64,000 nt of DNA from Antedon mediterranea. Lineage: Eukaryota; Animalia; Echinodermata. Below the pieces are notes generated by a model that did not search any database, was not told the DNA's origin, and saw only the letters and a program-made list of their open reading frames with translations. Location: assembly GCF_964355755.1 (NCBI RefSeq), contig NC_092671.1, forward strand, positions 27,106,070-27,170,069. The letters run 5' to 3'. Shown piece by piece: positions 11,195 to 23,430 of this stretch (positions within the stretch are counted from its first letter, which is position 1; each line of letters starts with the position of its first letter). The position numbers were made by a program, and so were the translations under genes.

Positions 11195-11325
11195 AATATT
11201 ATCAATAACAACTATCAAATCACCATTTGATTGGTTCATAGATCAAAGTTTCTTATTGGTTGAGAGATTATATTGCTTAATGTATAAATACAAAAGGACA
11301 ACTCAACAGAAACAGAACAAGTTGT
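11195..11325 (+). promoter_or_regulatory. Putative core promoter of GPCR copy 2
   Basis: Two ATTGG boxes and TATAAATA at 11283-11290. Almost identical to 909-1037. Confidence 0.65.
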
Positions 11326-11392
11326 TACTTCGTAGAGGAAGTCTGTGAAGTTTGCTGAATTATATACTTTAATAGTGCGACAGTATATTAAA

Positions 11393-12403
11393 ATGGGTGC
11401 TGAGAATTCAACAGTGGACTGTCCTGTGGTTGATGCCCACTTGGTTTTTAAATATACAGCATCTATTATTGCAATTGCTTTCAATCTACTAATCATTGTA
11501 ATGATTTTACAATTTAAAAACTTGCAAAATATACCAAATATTTTCATTTTCAACCTGGCTGTACTGGACTGTATAAATGGTGTATTCTTTTTTGGTAACA
11601 ATGTTTGGAGAACATTTAAATGTTTTAGCCCTTCGGAAACTTTTTGTGTGATTTATCATGGCTTGGAATTGTGGAAAAATTTAAACATAGTTTATGTTAT
11701 CGTTCTTCTAAGCCTTGATAGATATATCGCCATCGTGCATTGTATTTCGTCAAAGGTTTACCGTACAAAAAAAGCTGCAAAATATGTTTGTTTTCTAACT
11801 TTCATAGTTTCAGGATTAGTTTCCATACCAATGTGGGTACATACACACATTCTGCTGGTGGATGGTATTAATTATTGTCAAATTGAACAATTCGATGAAT
11901 ACTATAAGTATTACATGTTTTCTCTGAACTATGCAGTACCGTTGATTGCAATTATCCTCTGTTATGTTCTGATTGTGTATGCCATGGCTTCATCACAGCA
12001 GATTGGACAAAACAACACAACACGGAGAACATCAAAGCGTGTGCTTATTCTTGCTATTTCTATAGTTTTATCATTCATAATACTCTTTTCACCATTTTAT
12101 ATCGCTATAACTTTTACAGATCTTAAGTCAGATGTTCATGCAGTGGTTGTTGGCATGTTGTTCTCTCACAGTATAGTGAATCCTGTATTGTACACATTCA
12201 TTGGAAAAAATTTCAAACAGAATATGTTGAAAATGTGGTGTTGCGTCAAGTTTATGCCCTGTTTGGCGAGATTTGTACATGAACCTGCGTCTAACTATCG
12301 AACAAGAACAACTAAACATTCAAACATTAAATCGAAGTCTTCGCATAATCGAAAATCCAAACCTGAGCCAAACGAGATTATTCCATTACAACAAGTAGAG
12401 TAG
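11393..12403 (+). CDS. Single-exon class A GPCR, copy 2 (336 aa), close paralogue of 1114-2142
   Basis: Same 7TM motifs. First ATG in AAAATGG context at 11393; ORF intact. Confidence 0.93.
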   Translation: MGAENSTVDCPVVDAHLVFKYTASIIAIAFNLLIIVMILQFKNLQNIPNIFIFNLAVLDCINGVFFFGNNVWRTFKCFSPSETFCVIYHGLELWKNLNIVYVIVLLSLDRYIAIVHCISSKVYRTKKAAKYVCFLTFIVSGLVSIPMWVHTHILLVDGINYCQIEQFDEYYKYYMFSLNYAVPLIAIILCYVLIVYAMASSQQIGQNNTTRRTSKRVLILAISIVLSFIILFSPFYIAITFTDLKSDVHAVVVGMLFSHSIVNPVLYTFIGKNFKQNMLKMWCCVKFMPCLARFVHEPASNYRTRTTKHSNIKSKSSHNRKSKPEPNEIIPLQQVE

Positions 12404-13747
12404 ACCCATAAAATAATCTACATGCTGTTTGCATCTTCACATACCTAATACCATGCTACTTTTAAAACACTGTAGGCTCCCTATTGCTTTAGAACAAAGA
12501 AGTTAGAAGATGATAGTAATATTGGCAAACCTTCAATTAGAAAAGAAGATAATAACTGCATCTATTGAATGAACCTTTAAGTTTGTAACATTTTTAAGCG
12601 CCTGGAGCATGTTGCTGCAACCAGAGAACCAAAACATTCTCAAATGTAGTCAGTTGTTAATGAAAAATGAATGGGACAGAGTAACATTTTAAAGTTTGCA
12701 CTAAAGTAACATGATGATAGAATTTCTCCGCTGTGTGTCCTACAAATTTTCATGGTCAACTCCAGCCTCTGAAGCTTACTAAATCCAGATGGACGGACAT
12801 CCATTAAAATTAAAACGATTTATCCAGGAACATCTCTGGAACCTCAAATTTTAAAAACGCACCCTCATGATAAGACTGGAGTGGTTACTTGGACAGTGTA
12901 AATATTTATTTTTACATTGGGTTTTTTTTTTAGTTCATTACTGGTTGTTGTTAAGTAATCTAAAGCTATAGTACAAATGTATAACCTCTCCTTTTTAAAG
13001 TGGGGTTTGTAATGGTATGTATATTTTGTTTTTATTGAGTCATATGATGTCAAAATTCATGTTAAATTGCTATACATAGTTGCATTCAGATTTCAAGTTA
13101 AGTAGGGCTAGTTCTTACCTAAGCTAGGCCTATGCAAACATATTATTGTTTAAAAAGTTTTGTTTGTGTACCACAAATTGTGGCTTATAATTATAGGGTA
13201 GTTGTGTGTTGCAAGTACATATTCACAAATGCACTTTAGTATACAGTAAGTAAAATTAAGTCATGTAGTATACATCTGACCAATGATTAAATTAGTTATA
13301 AATATCAGTAGTGTCACATTTCAAAGTTCAATAGATTGAATGTAATATAGATTGTAATGTATCATTAGGATGTTAATATCACATTTAGAGTTAAAAGGTA
13401 ACTTCATGTTTGAATTTCTATTTCTTAATATAACAATGCCTCGTTGACACTTCAATGTGTGAAAATGCGTCCATTTAATGTTACATACTGTCACACATGT
13501 TACAAAAAAGTTACGCCTTTTGTGAATACATGATTCACATTGTTATGTCTGATAGGTCACTTGGTCTACATGGGCAACATATGCGCGTATCCATTCAGAA
13601 ACTCACCATGCGCAAATTATGATCGCCTATGTTGTGTATTGTGTAGACATGCATTGCGCACAGTTCACAAATTATTCACAAACTTTTTCACAAAAATTAG
13701 TCACTTATGATTCTCATTCAATGTAAGCAGTGCTGGACCAAAAATAA

Positions 13748-14390
13748 GACCCCATTTACACTTCAGCTTTTAGCGAGCCCGAGGCCGACTCTGAGCCAAA
13801 AGTGCACAAGTGTAAACACTCTGGGAACAACCGAGCCGGCTCAATTTTGAGCCTAGTCTAGAGTAGACTAGACTAGACTAGAGTTCTGCCTCAACCATAG
13901 TTTAAAGTTTACAAAACTTATTGCTGATGAATGGGAATTCTTCATTGAAATTAAATTGGTGAAGATGTATACACGAAACGGAAGACATCTTCGATCGATG
14001 ACAAACAATGCCGTGCAACGAAGTGTAACCAACAGAAACGAAAAAAAAAACACCATAGTGTATAAGCATAGGCGCCGCATGGTGTCCTGAAATCTCCTGA
14101 AAACGCTATGTTAACATTTGATTCTTTTTTGCTAAATTTCGATAGGCCTAGGCCTAGTGTAGATCGACAACGTTTAATAATATTAACTTTTTAAGACGGT
14201 TGGTGGGCGCACATGAGCGGATATGACGTGAATGTAGCGTAATCGTATCATCGAGCACTCTTCCGCGAGAGCAAGTGTAAACACAATATTAGGGGCCCGA
14301 GGCCGGCTTTTTGGGTAAGTGTAAACACATTGCGGGCTAAAAAGAAAGCCGGCTTGGCTAAAAAATCGTTGATGAAGTGTAAATGGGGTC
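13748..14390. mobile_element. PIF/Harbinger-like MITE
   Basis: 18-bp TIR GACCCCATTTACACTTCA, flanks TAA/CAA, internal AAGTGTAAACAC repeats. Confidence 0.75.
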
Positions 14391-16855
14391 CAAGTGTCAA
14401 CAGGGAAACATAATGAAATGGAATTTATTTTGAAGTAGGTTTTTTTTTTTCAAAAGGTGTGGTTATTTTGGAAATATTTAAAACCAAAATGTTAAAAACA
14501 TGAAGTTGTTTTCTATTTCTTTTTATTTTAACCAGTAATGAAATGTCAGATCAATAAATAATGTGAAATAGTAAATAAATTGGATGGAATAATAAATTCA
14601 GATGTATCACTGCGTAAAGCCCATGTTTCTCATGTTTGTTTTATGTATATTATAGTAGAATCCAACCTTTGGAACATATCCTATTTAGACACCTTCTCAT
14701 GAAACAAACAAGGGACAGTACAGTGGCGGATCTAGGAGGGGTGGGGTGGGGGGTGGGGGTGAATATAGTGGCTAGCTAGACGTAGGTTCGACACACCTGA
14801 CTCTTTTAATTAAGGAGAGACTAGAGTAGGCCTAGAGCTAGGGTTAGCATTATTGTTGTGTAAATAGGCCTACATAGTGAAAGAGCTAATATTTTAATTA
14901 CTATTTATGAATTCAAGAGTTTAAAAAGAAAACACAATTTAAAATTTTCAGAAAACACACACAACTGAGTTATTTTTAAAACACACACACTCCTACTACA
15001 CCAGCGTCACATTGTCTAGCTCGAACTGTGCGTGTGAATGCTGACGTCATCAGAATAATATCCCGGGCCATTTCTGTTAACGACCGCCCTGGTCCGCCGT
15101 GTGTGCACATGTTTATAGTGGTATTCTTATTTACGCCCCTGTACAAAGTGGAGTGTACAATATCATGAATTTTTTTTTTCGCGTACAAAGGTTTTTTATA
15201 TAATAATGGTATGTAGTAATGTATAAACGATTAAAATAAACAAGAAACATGGTGTTCTTTTATTATTTCATAGGCATAAAATAAACATGATTCATGTTTT
15301 TATATATTTATATCTGTATTTTATAGTTAACTGTTTTTGAATGATGTTGTATTGTTTTATGTTTCAAACCTGTTAGTGGCAGTAATTATTGCTGTTGGTT
15401 TTGATTGAATAAAATAACAATACAATTTCTTGTATGTACATATGGCCGAAAGTGTGTGGCGTATTTGGCATTTTATTGATTTTGTGTTATAGACACAGCG
15501 ATCAGTGCAACCATTATATACTAAATAACTAAACTACATTGAGTTATTCACCCGGCTGTAGGGTATATATCTGGGGTTAACAGACCACCACAACGCAGTA
15601 CACACACCATATCAGAAGCATTTTTGGGGTACCGCGTGATCAAAAGTTCTTTTCGTTTGAAGTGTTTTTCGATCAAAGTTTATTATTAATTCGTCGAAAA
15701 AGATCCGTACAGTATTTAGGAAGGATTTATTTAAATTTACATTATGTAATATTTGTTATTAAATGTGATAGAAACAGTTGCTCTAGCCTATTAAACAGTG
15801 TGTAAGCATCTATTTTTTCAAAAATTTTCTGACGCTTTGACACTTTCGTGGTATGTTTTAACACTCTGACCAACCCTATTAAGGGTCACCTTAACATTTT
15901 GACTGACAGTGGTTTTTTCTCATACATGATGTGCCAAGCCATTGCAGGATGCTGTGTGATTCTGAAGTCCATTGCATGTTTCAACGGGTACCATTCCGAC
16001 AGCTGTATTTGTAACCAGATTAGTTATTTTCAAATAGTATATTATTAAGGTCCAGACTGAATAATGTCCATATCTTTAGTAAACCAATAAATTAAACCCT
16101 GAAACAGTGATATCTTTCTGTTTGACAGTTAAAGTCTACTGAGCCAACTGCTAGGTGAAATGACCAAGAAGAAATTTATCTTTTAACACTCTAGCCAACT
16201 CTATTAAGAGGACAACCTACTTAAGGTGAAACTCTGTTGGGTCCTAATGTTGTCCCTGTTTTGTTTCAAAGTTCTACAATCTTTGAAACTGAAAAAGATA
16301 ACTATAACATCAATTGAAAATATTTGATTAATTTAGGAAACTGTTCTTAGACAAGATTTTTAAAGTGGTGCTTAACATACTCATCTCGGAAAATGTACTA
16401 GGTTCTTTAGTACGGTTTATCTGAGAAAATATTTTCTGCGACTGAGCCCTCAAAATGTTTCTGATATTATGAATATCGATTACAGTTCAACGGCTTGACC
16501 ACTCACTCCAATTCATTACCATTTAAATGTCTAAACTTTTTGTATTTTTAATTCTGCTTTACGAATACTACCTACCCTATACTATTATAGAGAGAGCGTT
16601 TGTATGGTTGTTTCTAAAAACATATTCAATGCAAACATACAACATATGGGGTATCAAAATGACTGGAATTGTACTGGAATTGTATTGGAATTGTACTGGA
16701 AGGGTTTAATTTAATGTATCAGTGCAAGTATTTACACTTGTTACTTGGATGTTAATGGGATCCAAGATGTTTTTGTGAAAGATTTTCCATAATGCCTGCC
16801 TATTTCCAAAGTAAGCATAATTATAGACTCTTTATTTTATTCTTTTTTTTTGCAG

Positions 16856-16988
16856 GTTTTTTCCACATATTCCAATACAGACTACGATCGTAGAAATGAT
16901 GATATTGATCCGGTGGCTGCTTCTGCTGAGTACGAACTGGAAAAGCGTGTGGAGCGTATGAATGTTTTTCCAGTTCAATTACTCAAAG
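16856..16988 (+). CDS. PPP1R9A: Neurabin/spinophilin internal exon (after the PP1-binding motif, start of PDZ)
   Basis: Acceptor TTTTTTGCAG, donor GTTTGA. Translates [44 protein letters not shown], the neurabin hallmark. Phase 0 to 1. Confidence 0.96.
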
Positions 16989-17188
16989 GTTTGATTTTTA
17001 TCTTAATATTTATACATGTATTGTTTTAACTACTATAAGTCATTCCTGGATGGTGCTTTTGATTCGTGGGCTCATTAGACTATGGTGGCTGGATTATATT
17101 TATTAATTTGTAAGGTTATAATACAAGAAAATTTAAAATAATTTTCACATCCATATTAAATTATTGAAGCTTGCGATAGCAGAGAAAA

Positions 17189-17654
17189 TGATGTAACTAC
17201 TGTATGACTTGGCAGGGCCATAAGTGATGTAACTACTGTATGACTTGGCAGGGCCATAAGTGATGTAACTACTGTATGACTTGGCAGGGCCATAAGTGAT
17301 GTAACTACTGTATGACTTGGCAGGGCCATAAGTGATGTAACTACTGTATGACTTGGCAGGGCCATAAGTGATGTAACTACTGTATGACTTGGCAGGGCCA
17401 TAAGTGATGTAACTACTGTATGACTTGGCAGGGCCATAAGTGATGTAACTACTGTATGACTTGGCAGGGCCATAAGTGATGTAACTACTGTATGACTTAG
17501 CAGGGCCATAAGTGATGTAACTACTGTATGACTTGGCAGGGCCATAAGTGATGTAACTACTGTATGACTTGGCAGGGCCATAAGTGATGTAACTACTGTA
17601 TGACTTGGCAGGGCCATAAGTGATGTAACTACTGTATGACTTGGCAGGGCCATA
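17189..17654. repeat. 36-bp minisatellite, 13 near-identical copies, intronic
   Basis: Unit TGATGTAACTACTGTATGACTTGGCAGGGCCATAAG, with one G>A variant near 17499. No spacers. Confidence 0.97.
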
Positions 17655-17911
17655 CAACTTTCATATAGTGTATCATACAAATTGTTCACCTGATCTGAGG
17701 TTATGTTGAAATTTATATCTGAACAAATGAACATCACCATGTTTTACAAGATTATATAAACATAGTTTCAAGCACCTGTTTCTCTCTGGAGGGTACATTT
17801 GATTGTTAGTCCACTTTCCTATTCTTTTCATGTTATATGTTTATGGAACCATGGTTCAGTAGGAGACAGATTTAATAACAATTCACATCATAAGATAAAC
17901 ATGTGATTATA

Positions 17912-18350
17912 GGTCTGTTTCTGCTGCATAAAAATAACCATTTTAAAGCGATGTGAATGAATTAACTCCATTTTAAATCCATGCAGAAACAGGACAGTTT
18001 CGTGGTAACTGGTTAAAAGGCAGCGCAAAATAAATGGTTAAAAATACCCATTCAATTCAGTGTTAGAACGCCATTTAACCGGTGTTCACTGAGCAATTTT
18101 TATCTGCAACACGAAATAACAGTTATTTAATTGACAGCTGCTAACTTTGAGTCAACTACACTGCAGTATTGAATTTGAATTAACTGTCAGGACCAATTGC
18201 AATTGGGTAATTGTATTTTTGTCAACGACCACCCATTGATTTAAACGTTATTTCGGAGCAAAATTTGAGCAGAATTGCAGTCAATATAAAAATGTTACAT
18301 TTTTTAAATAATCGGTTTAATATTTGGCGCTCTGCAACAGAAACAGATCC
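17912..18350. mobile_element. PIF/Harbinger-like MITE (same family as 2586-6040)
   Basis: Ends GGTCTGTTTCTGCTGC and GCAACAGAAACAGATCC. The TIR resembles that of 33906-36515. Confidence 0.65.
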
Positions 18351-18783
18351 ATACAAACCATGTCCAAACAAATCACAATTATGTTTGTCTTCGTTATCAG
18401 TGACCGTTCTTTTTATGTCTGGGTTGATGCTGATAAAAAGGTCAAAACATTTGTACCCTTTTTCCTTCCCATTCAGATTTTGATGTTCGCTTTTTGTTGT
18501 TAAATTCAGAAAACATTTATCATAATCATGGAACTCCCTCCCTCTAGAAAATATAGTATAAGGTATAGACCTAGTATGGTGTGAATGTAGGCCTCTCTCT
18601 ATTCAATTCAGATGAGGTTTATAAGAAATGCTTACCAATTTTTTTTTTCCTGAACCAGGATTTCCCGGGGTATAGTCCCACCCACCAAAGTCGGCCCAAA
18701 TTCGTGTTCTAGAGTGGTGGGATTATACGAGAGGATACCAGTAATAATTTAAATTTTTTAAATTATTAAATTAATACTTTCAG

Positions 18784-18904
18784 GTAAAAATGGTTTAGGT
18801 CTCAGCATTATTGGAATGGGCGTAGGAGCTGATGCAGGGGTAGAAAAACTTGGAATATTTGTTAAAGGTATAACAGAGAATGGTGCTGCTGCTACTGATG
18901 GAAG
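18784..18904 (+). CDS. PPP1R9A: Neurabin/spinophilin exon, PDZ domain part
   Basis: TTTCAG / GTACCT. Translates (G)[39 protein letters not shown](R). Phase 1 to 2, matching its neighbours. Confidence 0.96.
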
Positions 18905-20534
18905 GTACCTATTTATTTCCTCTTCTTATAATAAGTGATTCTATCATGTGAATCACCCAAAATCTGACATCTTTTGTTCTCATTTTTTTTCTGTTTTTCT
19001 GCTATATTTGAAAGAAGCAACTTTATTTGGATACAAATTTGACATGAATTTGATCGCAATATTCTACTATTCAAAACTTTCGGGAAAAAGATACTTAATA
19101 GTAGATATTGTAAAAAAATATTACAATTATCACTATCATATCAATCGGTCCAATAAAATATATACTTGTTAAGCGCCACCGTCCTATTTTGGACACAAAA
19201 AACTACACAAGTACACAAACTTTGTGTAAAGTTTATTTCAAAGTCAATGTTGATGACGTATTAAAAATGTAATACTTTTCAAAAGTAAAAAAAAAGAATT
19301 GTTTACATTTGTTTAAAGAGTATATATTATATATTTTGGCCTAATCAATTTTTATATTATTCCGTTATTATTTTCCATTTATTTTATTCCTTTGCCATAG
19401 TTAATCACCAACTATTTCTTTTAAATATAATTTCATCATCTCCTTTCATTCGGAAAAGTAGTGGTCTATGTATTCTATAATGAGAAATGAATGCCTTAAT
19501 AGGTTGTAAGGGAATATTGTGGTACAGTCAATATATGTATCAATTTATTACTATAATAGCTTACTGTACTGTTTTAAATTAAATTATCAGCCAATTTCAT
19601 TACAATTGTAAAATAAAACATGACCAAGCAATTTTATTAGTCTGATTGCTTCTGTATCATATGCCTTTGGAAGCAAAATAATAATAATGAATTAAATTTA
19701 TAAAGCGCTTTATAATGACAGAAACAAACTCTAAATGCTGTATCAGTACCACAGCGATCAGTGATGTTTGCATAGAGTTTCTGTAATAAATAATAATAAC
19801 AAAAAAATATATATATAAGTTCATTCAATGTGAATCACACATGAATCACACAAAGTGTAGGCTAGACCTTTTTATCTTCAGGTCTTTTTAGGCCTTTACG
19901 ACATTCTCAAAATACAACAGCTCGTCTAGGCCCCTAGACGTTTGTAACACAAAAATATTTTAACTTAAGCTACATTGGCTAGAATTGAACTTTGAACTAA
20001 AATACAGTAGCATTTGCGAAAATAGCAATCAAAAATGTCAAGAGGTTAATTTTGAATTATTCTGTGTGCGGTAACTGCATATATAGTATTTTCATTCTGT
20101 TCTCTAGTAGAATTATAAAATTATCATTAATCTAAATTGATTGCATTACCATTCATCTGGTTAATTGTATTGTTTATTACACGTATTTTCTGAAATAAAG
20201 TATGTGTTGCATCATCATCATCAACTGTATTCAATATGTTGTTGTTACAGAATAACATAATTATAACAATAATAATAATTGATTTCACATACGCCATTGG
20301 TAATTTTGTACTATTTAACCGCCAGTTTCTTGTTAAATTGTTTTTTTTTGTCACCCAATATCCACATAAAAAAAAATGTCAATATGGAGTGTGATAAAAA
20401 AAAAAATGAGAGTATGTTGCAATCTGTTGACATTGAATAAGAGATAGAAACAACACAGGTTAATAATTGAATTTAGACAAAGCAGAGGAGTGTTTAAAAA
20501 GTAATATTATTATTATTATTAATTGATTTTATAG

Positions 20535-20639
20535 GATTAATGTAAGCGACCAGATAATAGAGGTTGATGGAAAGAGCCTTGTAGGAGTAACACAGAGTTA
20601 TGCTGCACAAGTACTTAAAAATACATCTGGACATGTAAA
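20535..20639 (+). CDS. PPP1R9A: Neurabin/spinophilin exon, PDZ domain part
   Basis: TTTTATAG / GTAAGT. Translates (R)[34 protein letters not shown](K). Phase 2 to 2. Confidence 0.96.
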
Positions 20640-21056
20640 GTAAGTTGCCTTGCTACAGTAAAACCTTTTTCACATCTACAAAAAGTAACAAGTTGTAACC
20701 AGGTCTTTTTGAGGTTTTACTGTGGTCCATGGTGAATCATTTGATGGGACAGTAGGTCAAATTAGATAGAAGCACTATAGTCAATCTAAATTAATACCTC
20801 AATGGGTTTTACTTTTATTATGATTGTATTGGCAAAATGCTGAATCAGGTCACTTGGTTCCTGGGGCACGAAACTTGATCTCTTGATTTATTTATTTAAT
20901 AGGTATTGAAGTGAATAAAATGAACCTAAAAATGAACTAGTGTCCACTCTCTAAGGGATTGATTTAGAACTTTATGGATAAAGATATTTGTGTTTATTTT
21001 TTGATAAATAACATCTTGAACTCAGAGATAAAAACAATTTTTATTTTTATTTAAAG

Positions 21057-21165
21057 AATTCTTATTGGTCGTGAGAAAGATCCTGATAATAGTGAAGTTG
21101 CGAAACTCATTTCTGAATCTTTATCTCAGAGTAAAGTACAACAGGAACATTCACCTGTAGAACAG
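21057..21165 (+). CDS. PPP1R9A: Neurabin/spinophilin exon, end of PDZ and linker
   Basis: TTTAAAG / GTAGGT. Translates (K)ILIGREKDPDNSEVAKLISESLSQSKVQQEHSPVEQ. Phase 2 to 0. Confidence 0.93.
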
Positions 21166-21949
21166 GTAGGTGCTAAATGAGAATGTTATTCAGTGGCTAT
21201 GAGTGCTCAACGGCTATGAGCGCTTACTGGTTAAACCCAGGGGCAGAGCATGAGCAGTCTCAGTGCAACTGCCCAATTTCAGCAAATTGTATAAGAATAT
21301 ATGATGTGATAAATCGATAACATAATGCAAAAATGAAAGAGAAAAAAACCAAAAGAGCAATGCTCGTTTTTATGTTTATCCTTCTGAACAATGACAATAA
21401 AAACATGACAATGACAGGACAATACATACACAAATAAGACAAATTACTTACACAAAGCAAATATAGGCTGAGCGTTGGAGGGGCCCCTTAGGAGTGCCGA
21501 ACCAGGGGCCGCTGCGTTGCACGCTTCTGATGTTATTATTGGAAAAATGTTCATTTTCAGTAATCTACTGTATAACCAAATGTAGAGAAGTAGCAATCAT
21601 CCAACAGCGATCAAAGGTACCCATATCAGGATTGATACATTGAGACAATATAACACAATTATAGATATACAGCATAAGAATAACATTTTACTGTAATAAT
21701 TAAAAATAACATTATTTTTATTAACAAAAACAATACATGGAAAAAAAAATATCAAACAGAATTGAATTTTCCACTGTCTGATGAGTAAATGAAGACCACC
21801 TGAGATTAAAAAAAAAGCGAAAAAAAAAAGCAAATTTACCATACAATATAGAATTGTGATGCATTTATAATAAGAATAACCTTAGTTCATGAAATTTTGG
21901 CCAATCCTACCAAGTCATCTAGACCTAAAACAAACTTTTCTTCTGTAGC

Positions 21950-23430
21950 TAGGCTCGCACTGGCCGATCGCCAAGTCGCCATGGGCGAAAACGTTTCTAG
22001 ATTGGCGAAAAATAAAACGGCTACTTTAGCCATTTTGGCGATGACATATGATAAAATAGATAATTAAATAATCATTTTGGCGAAAGCATAAAGTCCAACT
22101 AAAAGGTCCATTTGTCGATCTCCAAGCATTTATTTTGTTCGTTATCACGTTGTTTACTTCAAGCTCCATTTTTCGTAAACTTGTTTCGTTTTACCAGGCG
22201 TCTCTTTGTTATTTCAAAAAGATGGATAGCAGAGGTAGACTGCACAGAGAGACAGACGTTACACGACACATGGATGATGAAGTCTACCCAAACTATCACG
22301 TGTTGTGCGCTGCACAAACGATCGACTACGTAGCCGACGGTCGGCTAATTACCGGGATTGTCTATTTTTCCGATAGAGGTGTACTTTTCAGATTAAAAAG
22401 AAACATTATAGTATCTTCGATGGATGACGTCTTAATCTTATCGAAATCAAAAATGTATGCGTTATGCATTTTAGAGTCTTCCAATTTAATGTAGTTTCAT
22501 ATTTTAGCCTTAATAAACTTCCCTCGTGCGTCAGTAGTGTAAACAAAACAACATGCGGGAAATGGTAGAGGGGATTTAGCTAATTAAACACACACGTGCA
22601 TCTGAGCGGGGCCGGCCGCCGGCTTCTGTGTTGTTGTGTAAATAAATAATAATCGGATACGTTTCTCGCCCTGACAGAAACGCTTCGGCGCAGCCTTGAG
22701 GGATGGAAAGACGTGTACTCTGTGCTTTGGCCTATATTATCTTACTTTTAACAACGATACGAGTGTTCGTTTGCTAGGAATTTTCCTCAATATTTTTAGC
22801 ATACGATATACCGTTGCGTTGTTGTACATAATTTTGTAGGCCTAGGCCGGCGGTTCTGCACTTTCGCACCTCTTGAGCATACCCAATTTAAAAACATTAA
22901 CCCGCTGCGCGGCGGTGATTCTGAGTGATTCTAGGACACGATTTTCGCCTGGTACGCCATGGAAGCCGTCACACGTACACACAAACATAACCAGCCAAGC
23001 GTAAAAAACAAAAGTAACATAGCGTTCAGGGGATTTCAGAAAACTGTAAAATGTTTCTTATTAAATTGATAACTGTATAGATGCTGTATGATTAAAAACA
23101 ATTTGAACAATTGTTTTGATCATGTAAAAAAAATACAAAAAAAAATATTTTTTTTAATCATACAGTGATTTAGGCATGGTTCTTTATCTCAATGCCTTAC
23201 AAAAATGTTCAGGGAACAGTGTATAGACCTGTTGACATAGATAAATTGACTAAAATGTTTTTACCACTATATTTCAAAAATTTAAAATTTTGGCTATAAA
23301 CCGATTCATTTGGCTAAATGAAAAAATTTGACTTTAGCCATTTTGGCTATAGATAAACTGATTTGACTAAAAAAAAATATTTTGACTTTCGCCAAATGGC
23401 TAAACAAAATGAAATGTTAGTGCTACCCCA
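21950..23430. mobile_element. Old hAT-like non-autonomous element
   Basis: Imperfect TIRs TAGGCTCGCACT / AGTGCTACCCCA, many subterminal TCGCCA/TGGCGA/TAGCCA motifs at both ends, degenerate TGTAG-containing flanks. Confidence 0.55.

Noticed and set aside
1114-12403. Assigning a specific symbol such as SSTR or AstC-R to the GPCRs
   Set aside because: Motifs suggest that neighbourhood, but the proteins are too divergent to assign orthology without a phylogeny.
17145-17740. Two long minus-strand ORFs (170 and 194 aa) and a CRISPR-like 36-bp periodicity
   Set aside because: They are products of a 36-bp minisatellite whose unit length is a multiple of 3. There are no unique spacers and the context is a eukaryotic intron.
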